A DNA stretch of 64,000 nucleotides from NCBI RefSeq assembly GCF_009914755.1, contig NC_060925.1. One strand, 5' to 3'. Numbering within the stretch: the stretch's first letter is position 1; the number at the start of each line of letters is the position of its first letter. The notes beneath the pieces were generated by a model, which was given only the letters and a program-made list of their open reading frames with translations, ran no database searches and was not told the DNA's origin. The translations under genes and the position numbers were made by a program. This DNA is from the human T2T-CHM13v2.0 reference genome, Homo sapiens. Below, piece after piece: positions 39,170 to 52,859 of the stretch.

Positions 39170-40150
39170 AACCTAATTTCACTTTTTGCCCATTATTCTA
39201 TTCTTTTCCTCTTTATCATAAGCAAACTCATGAGAGATGCCTTCATGTCTTCACCTCAAAGCCTTTAGCATTCCCAAATTAGACCTGATTCATCATCAAT
39301 CATCTCAAACAACTATTACTATGTTTATTAATTTTCCTTGATGTCATATTCAGTAGGCATGCTGCATTGACATTTTTCTTAACCCTTGGAATTACATACT
39401 GTTATATGGATTATATAATATTTAGTGTTACTTCCTGTTTGAAACACTCCCTTATCAGCTTCTGCTAAATGAATTACATGTGATTTTCTTTCTACACTTT
39501 TGATTATCAACTTTCCAGTATCACTTGCTGGTTTATCACCAAATTATTAAATATTAGGTTTCGCAAGGCATGGGGATCATCTCCTGTTTGCCTCCATGAC
39601 CACTTTTTAGTAATCCCACCTATATACATACTTCAACTTTTTCAGCCATAAGCTTAAGACATGCACATCTATATTTTCAGACTTTTATGTTCATCTGCTT
39701 AGTCTCCCCAAAGATAAATCAACACATTCACCCCAAATTTAACATGTTTAAAATAATAAAAACAAAAAAAAACAAACCAACAAAAAACCCTATCTTATCC
39801 CACTGTCCCTTATGTCAGTGTATGGCAGGTGTAACCACCCAGTCACCCAAGCCACACTCCAGGAAAGCCATCTTTACATTTTAATAGCACACCAATATTT
39901 ATTTATCTGTATTTCCCCCACTTTGCCCCTCTCCCTTTCCATTGCCTTCACACAACTTCCCTGCTTTCACTAATAAGTTCCATTTATGCTCTAAGAGAAC
40001 AATGTCCTACATCTGCCATCCATCGGGCTTGTCTATTTTAAATTCCAATTTTCAGTATTGTGATGAGTGACATCACCATTATGCTATGAGTAGCATGAGG
40101 TAAGGGGCCTAGCATGTAGAGGTTCCTCACTAAATGCTTACTGAATGAAT
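39170..40150 (+). mobile_element. L2 fragments (sense)
   Basis: Pyrimidine-rich L2 body ending 'cactaaatgcttactgaatgaat'. Confidence 0.6.
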
Positions 40151-40684
40151 CATACCACAGTGAACCCCAGTTCTTCTTTCTTTCCCCCGCTCCACAGCCC
40201 TTTCCCTTTCTATTTACCCTTGTGCTCTACATCAATAAGGAAGCCTGGTTCCCTAGTTAAATTTAGCATAAGCTAGACCTTTCTAGTCAAATTTTAATAT
40301 CAAGGACAGTAAATCATTATCTCCAAAAATCAATTTGGCACACCATAGGCATTTAGAATGACATTTATTTTTCTTCTTCCTTCTCTTTTTTTTTCCTACC
40401 GTTTCTACTTCTGCTTGACTGTGTCTGAAGCAGATTGAATCAAAAGTATAATTAAAAATAAAAGTTATGCAACACTCACAGATGCAACTTTATCTTAAGC
40501 TGGAAACTCAAATTTTGTTTGGCCTAGTTCAAGAGAAACAGTGGGCAGCAGTATGAGACTGAGTCTATGAGCCACTTGCAATATTCAACTAAGCTGATGT
40601 ATCTCGGTTTACTCATCTACTAATTCACAATTATAAGGGTTGCTATTACTGATGACATTGTTCAGATTCTTTCTCGTCATTATA

Positions 40685-40930
40685 AATAGTATATCATAGT
40701 GATTAACATCACAGTGTCTGCGGCCAGACTCCTTGGGTTTGTGTCATGGCTCAGCCACTTAGCAGCTGTGAAATCTGGCAAGTTACCTAGCCTGGCTGTG
40801 CCTTCATTTCATTATCTATATAATAGAATTAATAATAATTCTGGCTACTCACATTTTACTTTCAACTTTTACAATGTAACACACTTAGAACAGTGACCAG
40901 CACAGAGTAAATATCATATGACTTATTATG
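40685..40930 (+). mobile_element. MIR
   Basis: 'ggctcagccacttagcagctgtgaaatctggcaagttacctagcct', 'cacttagaacagtgaccagcacagagtaa'. Confidence 0.8.
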
Positions 40931-43844
40931 ATCCATCTCCAGCTGTGTTTTCTCTGTTTCCTTCCTTTTTAACAGACTGTATCTATAAATCTCTTACATA
41001 GTATTTTATTACAATGCTCTGAACTTCTTACATGTTTATTTTTCAGGAGTGATATATCTTGAAAATTCACTTCATTTGAGAGTCATTTGTTTCTTGATAA
41101 CTGTTTTCCAGTTGCTACATACTTCATTAAATTGATGCAAAGGTATAGTAATAGTTTTTAGGTACAAGATTTTCCAATTTGGCATTTCCTTTCATGTTGA
41201 AAACTTTAATCTCAAGAAAGAGAATTTTTCATTTTCATCTCTTTGACTTCAATATGAATTTGAGCCAGCAGATAATTAAATTAGGAGTGTAGTTGAGGGG
41301 GACTATTTGAATTTTTCTTTTTTAATTACTTCTCAAATTAAAATCCAGGATAGCTAAAAGAAACCTATCAAAAAACATGATACTCTGATAAGATTTTTCC
41401 AATCATGAAATACCAAATAGCTGTTGTGGTTCTAACATTTTATTTCTCCACACTCTAGCCTTTCTGTCTCTTTAATAAAATTAGCTATTTTGTTGATATC
41501 TTCTAAGATTGAACTTTCATCCAAAATGCATAGATATTCATATTTCATGAATAATCTAACAAGAAATGTTATAATATTCTAGGTCATCCAGCAAGATGAA
41601 TATGTATTAAGTAAACTTACTCGTGTGTGTTTTTAGCCTTTCTAAAAGTACTTCCAGTTCCCCTCCGGGGCAGATATTGGATCTACTATGTGCACAGGGC
41701 CATTTTATTCAATCCATAGGTTTATTATGTATTGTCACTTATATTGTAAATAGCATTTGAAGTTTTATTTTTTATTTTATTTTATCTGTATGAAAATTTA
41801 TCCCAGGAAACATTGAATGCAAACATTTGTCTTTGATGAATTCCATATTACATTTTTAAAGTTCATGTTAGATATGTCTCTCAGAAAAATGAGAAGTAAT
41901 TAAAGTTTGTTTATATTTACTGTTAATTATTTTAATCATATATGCTTTACCAAGACTTGTTCTCCCCTGTGTAGGAAAATCTGTTCATTGCGCTCAAAAT
42001 TTTAGAGAAAGACATGAGAAATGATGAAGAAGTGGATGATTGACAGAGAGTTCAGCTGAGTTTCAGGTACCATGGTTTTCTCACATATTCTATTTATTAT
42101 CTTACTTTAAGCATAAATCATGTATACTACAACAATCTGACAGGCATTAATTTTTATTTGTATAAGTACATATTTTTTTGCTAGATTACACACTACTTCC
42201 TAAATATTAAATTATCAAAAAATTTAAAAATTGATGAGCATTATAAAACACTTCTCTTTAATCCACAATAATTTATAAGTCTTAAAATATTGGTAGATTC
42301 AATTTAAACTTGTTTTAATTGCCCCAAGAGTATGAATATTGGAGTTTTTGGCAAATTTAAACATAAATAGGGACTATTACCTCACATAAGCTGCTAAAAT
42401 TATGCTTCAGTTTCTACTTTCTCAAAATTCAATATGCTCTTAACCGGATTAAGTTCAAAATTATCAAAATTTAAAGTTTAATACACATTAAATATTTTTA
42501 TAGAGGTATATGCTATGTCAAAATCTTTTTGAGTAGACCTTTGATCTTAATTTTGTGACAGATTTAAGAAGCTTATTTCATAGGTTTAATCCAATTCAAC
42601 TTAAGAAAAAAAGATTTATTTTACTTAAGGTGTGTACTGTGTTCTTGAGACATAGAATCTTTGCTTCTGATACTACATTCAAAAGATATCAAACTTACAG
42701 AAATTGTCATTGTTCCAGTTATATAACTGATTACTGTACACAGAAATTATTTTTGGAATACTCTTGATGCACCATCTTACACATGTAACTTAACTTAAAA
42801 GGAGCATTTAGTAAGCAAAACATCCAATTAGGCACAGCTAGCTTACCTTCTGTGATAGTTATATTCAAGAGAACCAAGTCCTTAAATAGAAAAAAAGATG
42901 AGTGATACAACTAAGCTAAAGCTAGCTATATTTTTTCAAGGATTTCAAAATTCATTTTTATGTGAATTACAATGTGTTACAAAAAACTACTTAAAATATT
43001 TGATATGTTTGCTTTTTAACAACATAAACACAAAATCTATTTTTTAAAAATAAAATATGAGGCATTAAGTTTTTCCAATATGTCAAAGACAGTGCTCTAT
43101 CTGAAAAGTAGAGCAGATAAAGTCTATTATTTTCTACTGACCTCCAAGCAGGGCTCTGAACATTGCGTTTTCATTTATGTGCAAAGTAGGGGCATACAAT
43201 ATTCACCTTAAATGTGATGCGACAATAAGCAGAAGATTGGGACACTGACAAGGGCAGTGCTCCTATCATGGCAACACCTTGAGAAGGTGTACCTCAACTA
43301 TGTAGGGAAACCATCGTTTGAGAAAATGAACTGCATGGGCAAATCAGCTGTTACTAAATGTTTATATATCTACTTGGGAGTATTTTATAACATTTGCTCT
43401 TACCCTTATTTGTTGTAGAAAACTGTCATAGAAAATAAATTTCAGTGGTTTCATTTTAAAATAATTTATAGAATTAAAGATTTAGCAATATCAAAAATGC
43501 TTTTTGATATTTTTTGTAAAAATATCGAAAGTATTTTTTGTAAATGAGTGCAAAGTGATGAATGATTTTTAAAGACTATTTCATTTTAACATCTATTTTG
43601 TATCCAACAGTTGAAATTTGATGCCAATATCATAGACAGAAATATGTCTAACTGAATATTGCTGCTGTTACATAATTATATTACAAATATGATATAAACA
43701 TTAAATTTACCTTTTAGTAACAATGTTAAAAGTTATTATCATATATCAGTTTGATAAAGAAGATGTTTCATTTAAAACTGTATCTGCAACCTCCTTCCTC
43801 TGCATAGTGCCAGAAATATCCACCTTATTTATTGTAGCTGTTTT

Positions 43845-44020
43845 TACAGTGTAGCTATTGGGTCATTTGTATTAGAATCATTTGGGGACATATTAAAATG
43901 TATTTCCTTAAGCCACATACTGGATCTATGGAGTCAAATTATCTAGTGATGGTGCTCTGGAGTCCACATTTTAAAACCATTTCTTAGATGGTGTTTTTGT
44001 ACATTCATGTTTGATTAGCC
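43845..44020. mobile_element. MER5-like hAT-Charlie MITE
   Basis: 'ttgtattagaatcatttgggga..attaaaatg...cacattttaaaac..ttcttagatggtg'. Confidence 0.6.
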
Positions 44021-45199
44021 CTAACTTTTTGCTTTGCATTAAAGCATTCAATTGACATTTGAAAGCCGTAATGTTCTTTGGAAGAAGTAGGCATCAGTCC
44101 ATAATTATTTATCAAATCTGCATGAATTAATGTACGTACTTTTCTTTAGTCTCCTAAAGGTATGAATGCCTGGATTAAAAAACGTTTTATTAGAGAAGGC
44201 AGATACAAAAAGGGAGAAGATTTAAATTGACTTTAACATTTACCTAATTTGTATTTAGTTGCCTAAACAAGCTCTGAAAGAATCAGGGATGAATAACTTA
44301 GAACACCTCTCTTCACAGAGCCACAGACCAAACACATTCAGATATGTCCAAAATAAATGAATAAATAAATACATAAAGAAGAGAGAGGCACAAGGAGAAA
44401 TAAGCATTGCTAGGAAAACGAATGTTGTTTTTTTAGTGTATTAATACAGCTTTTCTATTAAGGCAGGATGGGTTCTACTGACTATTGGTTCGGGCTGAAA
44501 ATAAATAATAACCGACAATTTTAAGTGATAAATATTTCTCTCTTCAGAAATTGCATTAGAATACATGGCATTGTATATTGTAAAGTAGTGTTATTTAAAT
44601 TCATTTATGTTACCTCCATCGTGTAGTTTGAGTTGTGTTTACAGAGGAAAATTAGACTATGTGTGGCTCTTATGCTCAAAGTCAATCACAGTTTCATTTG
44701 GTACTCATCTTGGAAATCCAGGTTTGTAAGCATGTGCTAGCATGCCGAGCACACTTCACAGCATAATTTGCATATCTGGACATTTTTGCATAGAGACTGG
44801 CTTTTACTCTTCCTTCAAATATAGTTTTATTATTTTCATTTGGTTTGCTCATTAGCTAGCCATTGGATTGTTTTTCTTTAAAATTTAAAGCTGACTTATT
44901 ACCTTATAAATATTTTCTGGTTAAATTGAATTTTTAAATGTTCACTACTAAATACAAACAAGAACAATCTTTCATGTCTGTGTTTTAAATATAAAATTAT
45001 CATATGTTTGATAGCAGCATTTCCTAGGGATAGTTTTAACAGTCATAAGATTAAGATCTATTGGTCTGTTTTATTTGCAAGGTTCTTTTTATGGATAATT
45101 AAGATCCCAGATTTATTAAAATAGTGTTTGTAGAAGAAGCCCTAGATCTCATATAAGTAAAAATAAAGAATCTTTTGTTTCTAGATCATAGCAGGCTAC

Positions 45200-45380
45200 A
45201 GAATATAGTGTTTTAAAGTTCAAATTCAGGCCAGAAGTCCTTTGTTGTATCTTGGCTCCACCACTTACTGGTCGAGAGGAGACACTTGACCTCTGCGTAT
45301 CTCATCTCAGATTCCTAATCTGTAAAATAGGAATATACTTACCCTTAGGTATATCCAGTAGTACCTACCTCACAGGGTTA
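45200..45380 (+). mobile_element. MIR (split by the Alu at 45393)
   Basis: 'atcttggctccaccacttactgg', 'ttcctaatctgtaaaataggaat', 'gtacctacctcacagggtt'. Confidence 0.75.
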
Positions 45381-45387
45381 TTATTAG

Positions 45388-45700
<313 letters not shown>

Positions 45701-46094
45701 TATTTTTAGTATTTTTTAAAATACTAAAAGTATTTTCTGGCGCATGATAATTGTTACACAGTGTTAAATGAATTGACATATTAGCTTCCAAAAATGGTGA
45801 ATTTGCTAATACACTGTAAACTCAACACAGGAACCTCCTTAAACAACACTGTGGCTCCAAAGTCTAATACTGTGCCTGGCATAGTTGTTTTTTGATGGTT
45901 GGTTAATTCATACGAAGAAAGTAAGTTCCTATTTCAATGGAATTAGTCCCTGTTTCTATACAAAAAGGCGTGAGGCCATGGTAGGAAAGTTGTCCAGCAA
46001 AGAAATGATACTTACACTGAAACACAAAGCCTAAGTAGAAGTCAGCCAGGCAATGAGCTGCAGAAGGAACAGCTGGTGCAACACTTGACACTTG

Positions 46095-46188
46095 TATATA
46101 TGTGCATATTCATCACGTATATATGTGCATATTCATCACATATATCCGTGCATATTCATCACATACATATGTGCATATTCATTTGCAT
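46095..46188. repeat. 23-bp minisatellite (~3.8 copies) ending in an octamer ATTTGCAT
   Basis: Units tatatatgtgcatattcatcac(g/a) at 46095, 46118, 46141, 46164. Confidence 0.95.
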
Positions 46189-49129
46189 TAACATGTATAG
46201 ATGATTACAGCCACAAAATGGTGTGGCAGGATTATTGTAGGATGGATTCCAGCATCTGTGGAAGAAAATCAACCACAGCACCATCACGAACTGAAAGCTG
46301 CTGAAGAAGGATTCTCGCTTGAGAGAGAAGGGAGCCAGTGTTTTATGGAGATTCAGCAAGAGGGTTCAGATGAAACTCAGCTAGCTCTGTGGATAATTGG
46401 TTATAAATAGTTCTAAGAAATTTATTCTTAAATATTAGTTGGGCATTTTAGTAAAAGGAGTTGAGACACAGAGTTAGGACCTAAGGTTATGTGGAAGAAG
46501 GGTAGAGAGGAATGACTGGATGAGAAACCCATGGACATGAGAAAGCCACAGTGGAACTTTTTCCATCCTTCAGCATTTCTTACATATCTCACAGGAAGAT
46601 AGACTACATGACATCATCTATGGTTCAGTCTATCTGCGTATTATTTCAACCTTTTCATTCAATTAGGCTTTAGGTTTAAAATTTAAAAACAGATGTACTA
46701 AATTCTTCTTTTTAACTTTTTTTAAGAAAGCAAACATTAATGACTTTTTAGAAAAGGATGTCATTTATGCCACTCCCCACTTACTCTAGAGAGAGAATAA
46801 CATTTCAAGAGAAAAGAGTAATACTTTCAGGCCCTTCCTACTCTTACTTGTTCCTGTCCTTTGCTAAAAATAAGTGATTTCTTTAACTGATGCTATAGGG
46901 AGAAAAAAATGAATGAACACAGCCAAGCTTTTTATTGGCATTCACGCTCATAAACTCAATAAGCTTTCCACACCATGCTCTGTTCTAGTAAGGGAAGAGG
47001 CCTACAATTTTTGCAGCTGCTGAAAATTAAAGTGTAGAAGGCATAATTTTTGCCTTGGATCCAAGATGTGTTTTCCAATCAAGATTTACCAATTACAAGT
47101 CAGATATTTGCTCTCTATTTGACACAAGTCTCCTGCCCAATTGTTTCAGAATCCACAGGGAAGAGATATGTTTTGTTGACTGCCCATTCATTTAGTGTTT
47201 GAATTAAAAAAATAAATTCATTTTTAACAAATTATTATGGAGACTAGTGTTCCATGGAAAACACATTAAGGAAAAATGACTTAGGAGTCTGTGAAGTAAT
47301 ACTGCACATAACAGTGCCTTTGAAAATATGCTCCATAGAATGTCCATTGCCAATTGAGAGTCAGAAACGTGTTAGACTACATGGTAGGAATCAGAATCAA
47401 AAGTCTATGATTTGTGGGAAGCAGTTCAAAATAATAATGTAAGCTTGAATTTTAGAGAATATTAACAGGGTCCAAATTCTGGCTCCTACACTTGATAGCT
47501 GAGCAACTTTACGTTTCAAGTAAATCATGGACAAAATACAATACATATTTTGTGGTGTTGCTACAAGATTGTACATAAAAGTAATTCAATAATAATTTTT
47601 ATTGAACATGAATTAAAAAATGTAGGCACACATAATGCCTGACAGAGTGGGAGCAGAATAAATAGTAGCTCTAATCATGTTATTATTTTAATTAAAATCA
47701 TTAATAATACTGATCAACAAGGCTGGTGGGTTGCCATGGGTTCTTCTTTTGAACACGTTATGCAATAGTTTACTGGTGATTTTTAGATAAACATTGCTGG
47801 CAAAACCTTGCCAGTCAACAGGAAGTTGGCAGAAGTAAAGAGGAGATGATGAATTTGTTAATAATAGATTTAAAATGCAATCAGAAGTTGGAATAGTGAA
47901 CCAAAAATAACTAGATAGAACATACAAAAAGTTGTAAAAGGCACTTGGGCCCTATAATATAGCAGCAGTAAATGTAAAATTATTGAATTGTCTAGTTAAA
48001 TATAAGTACAATAAGAGTAAACAATACTGTAAAACTACTCTGGAATGTATTATATTAGTTTCATTAATAGAAATAGTCTTCAAGAATATATAAGCAAATA
48101 TTCTAAAGTTCTCTATGCTATACAGACTGTACTTGTGTATAAAATTTAAAAGAAATACCAAAACCAGGTGGCATATTCAAAAAAGACAGGCCAGGAAGAT
48201 AGTAGCATCTAAACCAGCAAATTATGACTGATTTAATGATATGGGCCTGCTTATCAGGCAGGAAGGAAGTTTAGTGACAATGATAGGTATCTTCTAAATT
48301 CTTGAGCAATTGTTGAGTACAAGAAGGTTAGATTCACTTTGCGTGACACCGGAAGTTAAAATAAGTACTATTGAGTGCATTATATGGGGAAATCAGATTC
48401 AAGTCAGCATCTTGAAAAGCATGAAGCAATATAAAAATTGAAGAGGATTCCTCAAGTGACTGCAAGGTGCAAATCTAAAAGCTGAATGCTCGGAATCACT
48501 TACTGAATGAAATGTTATCAGTAGGTGACTTCCCTGTTCCCTTTATATCACCAAGACTACTTCTATGACTTTTATTATCCTAACATTAAAGGATGCCAAT
48601 AAAATCTTTTAATCATCAGCATATCTCCAACATTAATAATTGCAAAGTTCAAGTGAATATTTTTCACAGAAATAATATAATTTTTCACTTAAGATTTACA
48701 TGAGATATTTCCATATCTCTAAATTAAATGATAAATTTAATTTAACACGTCTGACATCAAGTTTCTGTTTAAAAAGTGTTTCTAAAAATGCAAGGTCTGA
48801 AAGTGTTTATTTAAAATTTTTAGTCCCTTTGCTACTGTTTTTCCAAATTTAATACATGTGATGAATGTAGGTCTGCTAACTGATATCAAACATTACTGTA
48901 ACCTACTATTTCTTGGACATTATCTCCATCATTTAATTTCTTGTCTTGTGTTACAAGTAAGAAATTGTATAAGGTGAGATGGTAGGAGATATAAAAACAA
49001 AAACAACAACATTAAACTCCCTTCTTAGAACCAACAAAAAATTGTTGACATACATCCAAATCCTGATTATAATTTAAAAACTGTAATAGTTTGTTATAAT
49101 AACAGGAATTATTTTTATTTTTGCATTCC

Positions 49130-49612
49130 TGGTTATGATAGAAAAGCTAATATAGGACCTGCTTTCCCACCAATAATAACTCTAAAAGCTGATAAAAATC
49201 TGTGAAATTACAGTGCTGTGTAGGCAGTACTGGAATGAAACTAACATGGCTGTGATCCTTGAAAAAGAGAACACAAGAGGTGAGCCCCATTTCACCAAGG
49301 ATTTATTCCTAAAGGCATTTCTTTTAAAGTGCTGTCCAGGGATTTAGAAAACAACAGACAGCATCAATGTCACATGGTTGAAGAAAAAGGGACTACCAAG
49401 AGAGATGGGATTTGGTGCCAAGTTCTGTGAGGAGGGAGCTACAGAATGAAAACCCAAATATCTGAGCCAAGATTTCAGAGTCCACTCAGTGCTGAAAGAT
49501 GAAGTACAAATCATGCCAGTGTGAAGACACTATAGTGGACAACACAGTTCACTTGACTTCCCAGAAAGTCCAAGTCTTAGGGACAGGAATCATGTCATAG
49601 AAGTAAAGGTCA
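49130..49612 (+). mobile_element. Old L1M(E) 5'-region fragment
   Basis: 'ataataactctaaaagctgataaaaatctgtgaaattac...tgtgatccttgaaaaagagaacacaagaggtgagcccc' resembles old L1M 5' ends. Confidence 0.5.
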
Positions 49613-51883
49613 TGTATTAGTCCGTTTTCATGCTGCTGATAAAGACATACCTGAGACTGGGCAATTTACAAAAGGAAGAGGTTTAATTGGACTTGCAGTT
49701 CCAGGTGGCTGGGGAAGCCTCACATTCATGGCAGAAGGCAAGGAGGAGCAAGTCTCGTCTTACATGGATGGCAGCAGGCAAAGAGAGAATGAGGAAGATG
49801 CAAAAGCAGAAACCTCTGATAAAATCATCAGATCTCATGAGACTTATTCACTACCATGAGAATAGTATAGGGGAAACCATCCCCACTATTCAATTAGCTC
49901 CCACCAGGTTCCTCCCACAACATGTGAGAATTATGGGAGCACAATTCAAGATGAGATTTGGTGGGGAACACAGCCAAACCACATCACTCTCCCCTGGCCT
50001 CTCCCAAATCGCATGTCCTCACGTTTCAAAGCACAATCATGCCCTTCCAACAGTCTCCCAAAGCCTTAGCTCATTCCAGAATCAACTCAAAAGTCTACAG
50101 TCCAAAGTTTCATCTGAGACAAGGTGTGTCCCTTATGCCTAGGAGCCTGTAAAGTCAAAAGCTAGTTAGTTACTCCTTAGATACACCTGGAGTACAGACA
50201 TTGGGTAAATACATCCTTTCCAAATGGGAGAGATTAGCCAAAACCAAGGGGCTACAGGCCCCATGCAAGTCTGAAATCCAACAGGGCAGTCATTAAAGCT
50301 TAATGTTCCAAAATGATCTCTTTTGACTCCATGTCTCACATTCAGGGCACACTGATGCAAGAGGTGGGTATCCGCACCTTGGTCAGTACCATCCATGTGG
50401 CTTTACAGAGTACAGCCACCCTCCCAGTTGCTTTCATGGGCTGGCATTGAATGTCTGTGACTTTTCCAGGCACACAGTACAAGCTGTCAGTGGATCTACC
50501 ATTCTGGGGTCTGGAGGACAGTGGCCCTCTTCTCACAGCTCCACTAGACAGTGCTCCAGTGAGGACTGTATATGGGGGCTCTGACCCCAGATTTCCGTTC
50601 TGTACTGCCCTAGCAGAGATTCTACATGAGGGCCCTGCTCCTGCAGCAAACTTTTGCCTGGACATGAAGATATTTCCATACATACCCTGAAATCCAGGTG
50701 GAGGTCCCCAAACCTCAATTCTTGACTTCTGTGTACCTTCAGGCTCAACACCATGTTTAAGCTGCCAAGGCTTGGGGTTTGCACCCTTTGAAGCAATGTC
50801 CTGAGCTGTACCTCGGCTCTTTAAGCCAAGGATGCACACAGCAGGGGGGACCTGGGCCCAGCCCATGAAACCATTATTTCCTCCTAGGCCTCTGGACCTG
50901 TGGTAGGAGGGGCTGCTGTGAAGTTCTCTGACATACCCTGGAGACATTTTCCCCATTGTCTTGGTGATTAACATTTGGCTCGTTGTTACTTATGCAGATT
51001 TCTGCAGCATACTGGAATTTCTCCCCAGATAATGTTTTTTTTTTTTTTTTTTTTTTTTGCTTTTCTACTGCATCTTCAGCCTGCAAATTTTCTGAACTTT
51101 TATGCTCAGCTTCCTCTTGAATGCTTTGCTGCTTAGACATTTCTTCTGCCAGATACCCTAAATCATCTCTCTCAAGTTCAACTTCCATAGATCTCCAAGA
51201 CAGGAGCAAAATCTTGCCTGTCTCTTTGCTAAAGCATAAATAAGAGTCACCTTTGCTCCAGTTCCCAACAAGTTCCTCATCTCCATCTGAGATCACCCAA
51301 GCCTGGACTTTATTGTCCATATCACTATCAACATTTTGGTCAAAGCCATTCAACAAGTCCCTAGGAAGTTCTAAACTTTCCTATATTTTTCTATCTTCTT
51401 CTGAGCCCTCCAAACAGTTCCAACCTCTGCCTGTTACCTAGTTCCAAAGTCACTTCCACTTTTTCAGGTATCCTCATAGCAGCACCCCACTCTACCAGTA
51501 CCAATTTACTATATTTGTCCATTCTCGTGCTGCTAATAAAGATATACCAAGACTGGGTAATTTATAAAGGAAAGAAGTTTAATTGACTCACAGTTCTGCA
51601 TGGCTGGAGAGGGCTCAGTAAACTTATACTCACAGCAGAAAAGGAAGCAAACATGTCCTTCTTCACATGGTGGCAGCAAAAAGAAGTGCAGAGCAAAAGG
51701 GGAAAAGCCCCTTATAAAACCATCAGGTCTCTTGAGAACTCACTCACTTTCACAAGAACATGATGGGGGAAAGTGCCTCCATGATTCAATTATCTCTACC
51801 TGGTCTCTCCCCCCAACACATGGGGATTATAGAAACTACAGTTCAAGATGAGATTTGGGTGGAAACACAGCCTAACCATATCA
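49613..51883 (-). mobile_element. THE1 (MaLR) element: LTR 49613-49986 (THE1A/B-like), internal region, LTR 51510-51883 (THE1C/D-like)
   Basis: LTR termini tgtattagtcc...accacatca and tatatttgtcc...accatatca; PPT next to the left LTR; THE1-int sequence (ORFs 50342-50974, 50874-51356). Confidence 0.93.
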
Positions 51884-52149
51884 AGTACATATTGTATAAT
51901 TTCATTTGCATAAAGATAAAAAACAGTTACAGCTCATTCGAATAATAGAAGTTTCAATAATCACTACATTTGGGCATGCTAGAAATGTTCCATATCTTGA
52001 TCTAATGGGGGTGACATTTGGAAAATAAATGTACAATTTATGAAAGAGGCCAATTAAGTTATAATTTACAACTAAAGACAAACAAAGGTCAATGATTGTG
52101 CAAAAAAAAATGTTAACATAACATGCAGGTCTAACTGCTATTATTCAAA

Positions 52150-52490
52150 AACCTGTGTACAAAATTGGCTAAAATCTTGGAACTTACATTTAGGAGTGTT
52201 CTCATAAGTCCCAGAAATGAAGAGTGGCTTACTGGAACTAAATTGTTTATACAACATGGTTTATGGAGAATATCTGCTTTCCTTCTGGAAGTCTAGAATT
52301 TCAGTACTTGCTAGACAGAGGCTGCCTATATGACCAGTTCCCAGTAAAAATCCTGGGTGCTGAAACTTTAATTAGCTTCCTTGGTAGACAATATTTCCCT
52401 ATAATAAATTACAATCATGAACTACATGTATGCTACACATATATTGAGTCCTATGAGTCTTCCTAGTGACCTGAGAGTAGTTGGGTAATG
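52150..52490 (+). mobile_element. ERVL-type LTR fragment (MER68/MER77/MER21-like)
   Basis: 'gaggctgcctatatgaccagttcccagtaaaaatcctgggtgctgaaactttaattagcttccttggtagacaa'. Confidence 0.6.
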
Positions 52491-52859
52491 GGATGATGCC
52501 AGTAAATTAATTTCTGTTGTATTTTTTATGTGGTTGGATTTTAATATTTTAAAAATGTAATAACTCTCTCTCCTTTCTATTTGGATTTCACTTACCTTCC
52601 CTTGGAAAATAATAACCCGAGTTTGGTGAGAGGATGTCTAATATAGAGGGCACTCCAGGAGTGGGCCTAGCAGCCTTAGCTGGATGAGGGGGTCCCATGG
52701 AAGAGGATTGCCTAACACATGATTCTGAACTTCATGTAAGTATGAAGGTATACAAATGGGGAGTTGGCAGCCGTGGCCCAGCTTGAGCAGGGATTCTACG
52801 TGGTGGAGTAGTGGGGACAGGAAGTCGTGTGGTGATAAGGAATTTGTTAAATACAAGAA

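Noticed and set aside
41975-42066. Purine-rich possible exon (tag|GAAAATCTG...TTTCAG|gtacca)
   Set aside because: Weak donor, in-frame stop, no supporting neighbouring exons
50342-51356. Longest ORFs in the window (210 and 160 aa)
   Set aside because: Remnants of the THE1 internal region; interrupted, with an apparent internal deletion and a poly-T expansion
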